In this document: positions 27,492-33,538 of the stretch, in pieces
Layout: each line of letters begins with the position of its first letter
How positions within the stretch are numbered: the first letter of the stretch is position 1
NCBI GenBank assembly: GCA_963977445.1
Contig: CAXBPH010000047.1
Span: 1-33,538, forward strand
DNA: 33,538 bases
Reading direction: 5' to 3'
DNA from: an uncultured bacterium
Lineage (GTDB): Bacteria; Hydrogenedentota; Hydrogenedentia; Hydrogenedentales; JAEUWI01
Program-made: the position numbers and the translations under genes
Notes under the pieces: model-generated
What the model saw: the letters and a program-made list of their open reading frames with translations, nothing else
What the model was told of the DNA's origin: nothing
The model's database searches: none

Positions 27492-29995
27492 TGTCGCGAT
27501 TTAAAGTTGTCTTGTCCTGTACCGCCGCGCTACTCGTTGGCATAGTTCCTTCCCTGTGGGCCGCAGATCTGCCCGCTGGCCTCGTCTTGCAATTGGATGC
27601 CGGACAGCAATCCTCGGTCCACCGTTCGGACGGTGTGGTGGACCGATGGGACAACCTCGTTCCCGGCTTGTCCGATGGTCTACTCGGTGACGGTGCAAAG
27701 CGGCCCCGGTATATTGAGCGGGAGGGCGTTCCTGCTCGTTCCACCATCCAATTTGATGGTGTGAATGATGTGCTGCTGGCGCCAGCGTTTGGCGTGCGCA
27801 CGGAAACGTGGACGTTGTTTGTTGTTGCTGCGCCCCATGGGCCGTCGGGAAGCGGAGCCTTCGCAAGCGCGACGGCCCTTGGCGGGCATGACTTCGACCC
27901 CGGATTTACCGTCGATCTTTACCAGTCGGGCGCGAAGTTTGACTGTGTAAGCGTGGAAGGGGCGGGCAGAATCGGTGGGCAGCAGGACCAGATGCAGGCC
28001 GCATACGATTACGGCACGCTGCACATGCTCATGGTCGAGCGGGCACCCGAATCCATAGGTCTTCGAATTGATGGGTTCCCGGAGGGTACACGGCCCGTCA
28101 GTCCTGCGACGACCGTCATGGATGCCCTCCGGATTGGCGCGCGCTTTTACGAAGACATGGAACGGGGCTATTTTAAGGGGGAGATCGCCCAAGTACTCTT
28201 GTTCAACCGCATATTGACCCCGGCCGAACGTGATCAGGTGGAGCGGAAGCTTTTCGTTTCGAGCGCCGAGCGCGAGGAACGGCAGCAAGCCTGGTTACAT
28301 GCCGAAGCGGAGCGGAAAGCGAACCGAATGCGCCCGCCCGTGGTGGTGAAAACCTGGCCGAGCATGGAAGCCTATCTTGAGGATCAGCCCGAACACGGCG
28401 TAGGAACACCACAGCGTTCTCTTTCCGAATTGCCGGTGCGCACCGATATACGGGAGGCCATCGCTCTCACCATGACCCACCTGGTAAGCCTCTTTGATGC
28501 GGACCTGAACGACGAGCCTTTTTTCTACTCCAACGGTCGCGCCGATGGCATGGGCGAGATGCATCACTCCCTGGAAATCGGGATTCCCCACGTGGTGGGC
28601 CGTTGTTTGCTGGGCATAGTCGCGGGTGAAGAAGCCACGGGCATTCCAGCCAGCCCGGAGGGACTGTCCATCCTCGAGCGCTACTGTCAGCAGTCTTTCG
28701 ACAATCCCTATAAATTGAATGCCTATCTCAATCCCAAGCTGGACAACGCACCGGCAATCGAGTTTCACAACATGCGGGAAGGCCTCTACGGGCTCTGGGC
28801 GTTAATCCAGGAAAAGGATTCTCCATGGGCCAAGGAAGCGGCAATCCAGATGGTTGACGCCCTCAGGGAAATCACCGGGGAAGGCGACGTTTGGACCGCG
28901 AAGGCGGTGGAGCAACACATACCGGCCGGGTACTACGGGGGCAACAGTGTTCCCAATGCGGCGCGACTTGTGGATGCCCTGTTGGCCTACTACACCGTCT
29001 CTGGCAATGAGGCCGCATTGCGCCTCGCCGGCATCTACGCCCGCGTTGGTCTGGCAACCCTGTTTGAGGCAGATGGACGATTTGCGCCCATGGATCGCTC
29101 TTCGGGCCACGTGCATTCGATTACGTCCGCCCTCAGCGGCATTACGGCCTACGCCCTGCAAACAAAAGACCAGGCCATGGTGGAGCAATGCATCCGCGTG
29201 ATGGAGCATGGGGTGCCGCAATACCACAGTTCCTGGGGATGGGGCGATGAAGTATTCCCGGAACATCCGGCGAACCTGGTGGGACGGGGCGAGATTAACC
29301 AGACGGGAGATGTCATTCGGACGGCTCTGCTCCTTGGTGATTCGGGACGGCCGGAATATTACGAAATGGCCGAGCGGTGGCTGCGAAGTATGTTGTTGCC
29401 CACCCAGTACCACGAGGCAGACCTGCGCGCGTTTCTACACGACAATCCCAATCCCCAACGCGACGGGGAGCGTGACGTGATCCAACGCAGCATCGGTGGA
29501 TTCTCCATGCAGTTTCCCAACGACCGCCGCCGGGAAGGTGACTGGCCCATCTCCACCTTGGACATCAGCTCGGGTGCGGTCCATGCCCTGAGCGAATGCT
29601 ACCGCCACCGCGTGACGGGGGACGGCGAAACGTCCAACGTAAACTTGCTCTTCGATTATGAAGGCCCCGATGTGACGATAGACAGCGCGCTCCCCCTGGA
29701 GGGACGAATTGCCTTTACCTTCGGGAAAGCAACAAATCTGGCCATTCGCATCCCCGATTGGGTGGCACCGAATACCCTACACGTGGAGGTCGAAGGGGCA
29801 GGACGGGTCATCCATATCGAGTCCGGCTATCTGAAGGTGGAAGGCCAGGCGGGACAATCAGGCCGATTGACCTTTACGCTGCCCTGCAAGCAGGAAAAAG
29901 AAACCGTCGATGAAACGGAATATACCACGACCTGGATCGGAAATCAGATCGTGGATATTCAACCAAGAGGATCGGTCAGCCCCTTGCCATTTTAA
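27491..29995 (+). CDS. Exported LamG/ConA-like domain + GH127/GH146-like (alpha/alpha)6 protein
   Basis: Signal peptide; LVLQLDA...W.N...IQFDGVND...FKGEIAQVLLFNRILT LamG-like domain; C-terminal VNLLF...LPLEGRI...LAIRIPDW beta-sandwich; TGATG-coupled to the upstream gene. Confidence 0.65.
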   Translation: MSRFKVVLSCTAALLVGIVPSLWAADLPAGLVLQLDAGQQSSVHRSDGVVDRWDNLVPGLSDGLLGDGAKRPRYIEREGVPARSTIQFDGVNDVLLAPAFGVRTETWTLFVVAAPHGPSGSGAFASATALGGHDFDPGFTVDLYQSGAKFDCVSVEGAGRIGGQQDQMQAAYDYGTLHMLMVERAPESIGLRIDGFPEGTRPVSPATTVMDALRIGARFYEDMERGYFKGEIAQVLLFNRILTPAERDQVERKLFVSSAEREERQQAWLHAEAERKANRMRPPVVVKTWPSMEAYLEDQPEHGVGTPQRSLSELPVRTDIREAIALTMTHLVSLFDADLNDEPFFYSNGRADGMGEMHHSLEIGIPHVVGRCLLGIVAGEEATGIPASPEGLSILERYCQQSFDNPYKLNAYLNPKLDNAPAIEFHNMREGLYGLWALIQEKDSPWAKEAAIQMVDALREITGEGDVWTAKAVEQHIPAGYYGGNSVPNAARLVDALLAYYTVSGNEAALRLAGIYARVGLATLFEADGRFAPMDRSSGHVHSITSALSGITAYALQTKDQAMVEQCIRVMEHGVPQYHSSWGWGDEVFPEHPANLVGRGEINQTGDVIRTALLLGDSGRPEYYEMAERWLRSMLLPTQYHEADLRAFLHDNPNPQRDGERDVIQRSIGGFSMQFPNDRRREGDWPISTLDISSGAVHALSECYRHRVTGDGETSNVNLLFDYEGPDVTIDSALPLEGRIAFTFGKATNLAIRIPDWVAPNTLHVEVEGAGRVIHIESGYLKVEGQAGQSGRLTFTLPCKQEKETVDETEYTTTWIGNQIVDIQPRGSVSPLPF

Positions 29996-30065
29996 TCGTG
30001 CCTGGTAGGGGCCTTACGGCCAATGGAAGGAGGGAGAGCGTTTTTTGTGTTTGCGGAAACGTTCG

Positions 30066-30110
30066 CACCCACAAAGCCGCTCGTGCCTCCCGTCTGTGTA
30101 GGTGGCACCC
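30066..30110 (-). repeat. Variant REP-like palindrome between convergent genes
   Basis: Minus strand GGGTGC-CACCTACACAG...CTTTGTGGGTG; same GGGTGCCAC...GTG architecture as the 25501 unit. Confidence 0.5.
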
Positions 30111-30161
30111 GGTAGGTGATTGATGGCGACCAGGAAGAAAAATATAGACGTTGTCCAGTGC

Positions 30162-31733
30162 CTACTCGGCCATGAATACCGGTAGGGCCCATTTGTTAAT
30201 GAGGATGGTTTCACCGACCGCGCAATCTTTTTGATAGAGGGTGCAGTAACTCTCGGGGCCGCCAAAGAGGCGCATTTCGGGGAGGGCGACCTTTTCGAAG
30301 CCCTGATCCAGGAGGGCTTGCGATTGGGAGTCCTGGTTGCGGCTTGGCGCGGGGGTGAGAAAGAACACGGTCCCCGCTCGCTGACACGTCACGGTCTTGT
30401 TGTCGTTCATCGCGACAGGGAGGATGTGTGCCCCCTTCAAGGTGTCGGGAAACTCTTCTGCCGTGTAGGTACGGTCCGAGAACAGCGTGACATTACGTAC
30501 AAGAGGACGTGCCTCTACGCCCGCGCTGGCGAGGGTGCCGGGGGTCTCCGTGCGCAGGGCAGCCCCGTCTTTATTGTCACTGATCGGATGGGCCACGGAG
30601 GCTTTCTTCAATCCGCCGCTGGCGACGCTGACGACCTGACGCAAGCGCACGGCATCACTCACTGGTTTGCCTGCGGCCGCGTCTTCCTCGCGGAAGGTGG
30701 CCATGAGAATGTTCCGCTCTGCGGTTCGGCGGTAATCATAGATGATGCGGATGAGGCCATCGGGGGTTTGCTGGCCGTCGGGATAGGAAACGTGATTGCG
30801 TTCATCGAGCAAGAGGCCGCCGCCCCAACTCGCTCCCTCGTCCGTGGAGATGTAGGCAGTAAGGTGGGAGCGGCCCGTTTGTCCGTCGAGGGGACCATGT
30901 TTGACGAGCAATAGATTTCCCGAGGCGAGGGTGCGAATGAAGAATCTCGCAGGGGTGTGGGGGAGGGCTAACGGCTTGAGGTCGGGCCAGGTGGCACCCC
31001 GGTCTGTGCTTATGCTTTCGCCGATGCCATAGGTTGTGCGCACGAGTAACCAGATGGAGCCCTCGGTGCGTTCAATAAACAGGTGCTCATCGAACTGGCG
31101 GTCTTCCACGGGGACGTTGCAGGCACCGCGCAGCGTCCACGTTTTGCCCGCGTCGGCAGAGACCACCATTTGGGCGCTGTTGTCATTCGTGCGCCAGGTA
31201 GAGCGGGGGAGGACCCACTCACCGGAGGACAGCACGAGGGGCTTGCCCATCATTACGCCATAGCCCATGTCGCGGGGCGCGGTCCAGGTGGGTTTCGCCG
31301 AATCGGGCGCATCCGTCTCGATGTACCACAGATTAAGGCCCCCACACATTTGTGACCAGAACAAGAACAAGCGTCCGTCGGGAGAGATCCACACCTGGGG
31401 GTCAAAACTGCGGGAAGGTCCAGGCCCATCGGGATCGACGATAAGCACCTCTTCCCACGTCGCGCCGTTGTCGTTGCTTGTGCTGAGCACGACGTAGTTG
31501 TTCAGATCCTCGCCCGGCGTTTCGCCCCCATACCATGTCGCCCATAAACGTCCTTCCGGTGCCACCGCCAGACTCGGAATGCCGCTGAAGCGGCGATTGG
31601 TCTCCGCATGCTGGGGCAACGGGGGGCCAACGTACTCGGGGGGATCGCTAGCTTTAGGCTCGGCAGCATGCAGCGTGGTCGATGTGACGAGTAACGCGAT
31701 GACAAGAAGGAATACGTGTTTCATTGGATGCAT
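30162..31733 (-). CDS. Exported BNR/Asp-box sialidase-like beta-propeller with an extra C-terminal domain
   Basis: Signal peptide, RRFSGIPSL, four Asp boxes (SNDNGATW, SADAGKTW, STDRGATW, STDEGASW), VSYPD. Confidence 0.88.
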   Translation of the reverse strand: MHPMKHVFLLVIALLVTSTTLHAAEPKASDPPEYVGPPLPQHAETNRRFSGIPSLAVAPEGRLWATWYGGETPGEDLNNYVVLSTSNDNGATWEEVLIVDPDGPGPSRSFDPQVWISPDGRLFLFWSQMCGGLNLWYIETDAPDSAKPTWTAPRDMGYGVMMGKPLVLSSGEWVLPRSTWRTNDNSAQMVVSADAGKTWTLRGACNVPVEDRQFDEHLFIERTEGSIWLLVRTTYGIGESISTDRGATWPDLKPLALPHTPARFFIRTLASGNLLLVKHGPLDGQTGRSHLTAYISTDEGASWGGGLLLDERNHVSYPDGQQTPDGLIRIIYDYRRTAERNILMATFREEDAAAGKPVSDAVRLRQVVSVASGGLKKASVAHPISDNKDGAALRTETPGTLASAGVEARPLVRNVTLFSDRTYTAEEFPDTLKGAHILPVAMNDNKTVTCQRAGTVFFLTPAPSRNQDSQSQALLDQGFEKVALPEMRLFGGPESYCTLYQKDCAVGETILINKWALPVFMAE

Positions 31734-32033
31734 CTCTTTCGATAGTTCCGGATGACGACACTATCGATGAGGGGATGGTGCCGGGAGCTTGTGTCCGCTT
31801 TGTTTTTTTTGGGAAAACGCAGTGTATACGCTGAATAGAAATCATGCAAACCAAGGCGGCCATCGGCTGAGCGAATTCGGTCTCCTGTGAACCTTGCCGA
31901 ATTGGCACGCCATTCACTGCGAGCTCCCGGCGGTGCCATTGTTATAACCAATATCTATCGGATACTATGATCCCCATGGGCGACACCGCTCATTAAAATT
32001 TGGTCTCAAGCCAGACAGCGAAGGTAATGCATC

Positions 32034-33538
32034 ATGTTGAACAGAACCGTCCAGAAAATGCCACGAACTACACGCTCCAGAGCCAAGTGGCACGTGATGG
32101 GTTATTGTGCCGTTGCCTTATCGATGGTTGTACCCTCGGCCGTGGCGGTCGGAGCGGATGCCGTCAATATCGGGGCGCGTCGCGAACTCTTCATGGACAA
32201 CGCCCTTATCGAGTCCCTTTCTGGCGGCGCACGTCAACAGCTTCATCATCCGGTTGCCCGGGAGGTCGCCCTGGAACATGACGCTTCGTGGGAAGGCACC
32301 GGTTGTGGCTATCACAATGTCTTTCAGGATGGCGATATATACCGCATGTATTACAACGGTCGCCACCTGGAAGTGCTGGAGGGCGGAAGGCTCAGTGTAA
32401 ATCGACATCCCTATTACCTGTGCTACGCGGAGAGTACGGACGGTATTCACTGGACCAAGCCAAATCTGGGCCTGGTGGAGCATGAGGGGTCCACGGAAAA
32501 CAATATTGTCATGAAGGTGGGACTGGTCGGTGGCGTGGAGGCCGACGCCGCCCATGTGTCGGTTTTCCTCGATGAAAATCCCGATGCCCCGGCCGATGCG
32601 CGCTACAAGGCCATGATCCGCTCGCCCAAGCCCTTGGGACTGTGGCCCTTCAAGTCGCCCGATGGCCTTCATTGGACGCCCATGAGTGAAGCGCCCGTTT
32701 TGCAGGGCGTGGGCGCCTTTGATTCGCAGAACCTGGCCTTCTGGGATCCCACCATCAAGCAATACCGTGCTTATTGGCGTATTTTTACCGGAGGGGTCAC
32801 CACGACGGACGAATGGAAACCTTCGGGCGTGCGCACCATCCGCACGGCAACGTCGGACGATATGGTGCACTGGGGACCCCATACGGACCTCGACTATGGT
32901 GATGCGCCGAGTCAGGAACTGTACACCAATCAAATCAAGCCCTATCACCGGGCACCCCACCTCCTCATGGGCTTTCCCGCGCGCTACATCGAGCGGGGTT
33001 GGTCCCAATCCATGCGGGATCTGTCCAATCTGGAAGGCCGGGAGATGCGGGCGACTTCGCAGGAGCGCTATGGCACCGCCCTGAGTGAGGGGCTGGTAAT
33101 GACGAGTCGCGACGGCGTCCATTTTAACCGTTGGAATGAGGCGTTCATGCGCCCGGGGCCGGAACGTCCCGACGCGTGGCACTATGGTCAGCAATTTATC
33201 GCGTGGCATGCGGTGGAGACGGCCTCCCACCTGCCGGGCGCGGCCAACGAGCTTTCCCTCTACGCCGCCGAAGGCTTCTGGCATGGCGCGGGTAGTGCCC
33301 TGCGCAGGTATACACTCCGTCTCGATGGCTTTGTCTCCATCAACGCGCCCCTGAGTGGGGGAACCCTTGTTACCAAGCCTATAGTATTCGACGGAAATTC
33401 GCTGCACCTTAATTTCTCCACGTCGGCAACTGGCAGTCTGCGGGTGGGTCTCCAAACGGAAGATGGCACAGCCATTGACGGCTTCGCCCTCGAAGATTGC
33501 GACGAGCTCTTTGGCGATCAATCCATCGACCCCGCGCT
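32034..33538 (+). CDS. Exported five-bladed beta-propeller glycosidase-like protein (GH32/GH43-like fold); 3'-truncated, absent from the ORF track
   Basis: Manual translation: ...GADAVNIGARRELFMDNALI...YRMYY...CYAESTDGIHWTKPNLGLVE...FDSQNLAFWD...SRDGVHF...LRLDGFVS...; open to the window end; start ATG 32034 or 32058. Confidence 0.85.
   Translation, partial: MLNRTVQKMPRTTRSRAKWHVMGYCAVALSMVVPSAVAVGADAVNIGARRELFMDNALIESLSGGARQQLHHPVAREVALEHDASWEGTGCGYHNVFQDGDIYRMYYNGRHLEVLEGGRLSVNRHPYYLCYAESTDGIHWTKPNLGLVEHEGSTENNIVMKVGLVGGVEADAAHVSVFLDENPDAPADARYKAMIRSPKPLGLWPFKSPDGLHWTPMSEAPVLQGVGAFDSQNLAFWDPTIKQYRAYWRIFTGGVTTTDEWKPSGVRTIRTATSDDMVHWGPHTDLDYGDAPSQELYTNQIKPYHRAPHLLMGFPARYIERGWSQSMRDLSNLEGREMRATSQERYGTALSEGLVMTSRDGVHFNRWNEAFMRPGPERPDAWHYGQQFIAWHAVETASHLPGAANELSLYAAEGFWHGAGSALRRYTLRLDGFVSINAPLSGGTLVTKPIVFDGNSLHLNFSTSATGSLRVGLQTEDGTAIDGFALEDCDELFGDQSIDPA

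Noticed and set aside
32118..33521. 467-aa minus-strand ORF
   Set aside because: Antisense shadow of the plus-strand beta-propeller gene, with no motifs.

Overview
Bacterial chromosomal window from a moderately high-GC diderm. The gene content suggests a PVC-like or Ca. Hydrogenedentota-type organism, but this is inference only. The left part (1-20.9 kb) holds housekeeping and envelope genes: a truncated Zn-finger-like protein with a (GED)n tail, an AsmA-family protein, recA, a secreted cytochrome c/copper-monooxygenase fusion, a DUF1460 amidase, zwf-pgl, a DUF481 barrel, a MauE/DoxX-thioredoxin, a PilH/I/G- or XapD/B/A-like ABC triad, yggS, pheS-pheT and zapB/zapA-like genes. The right part (21-33.5 kb) is an accessory carbohydrate-catabolic block: two Tat-exported Gfo/Idh/MocA oxidoreductases, a HIBADH-like enzyme, an SDR, an isochorismatase-ThuA fusion, a LamG + GH127-like protein, a BNR sialidase-like protein and a beta-propeller glycosidase-like gene, with REP/REPIN-like palindromes between genes. 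Two real genes at the window edges are missing from the ORF track. The most striking observation is that the G6PDH resembles plant plastid G6PDH and keeps the LTCR-x6-C regulatory cysteine pair. No rRNA, tRNA, CRISPR array, integrase or transposase was seen.
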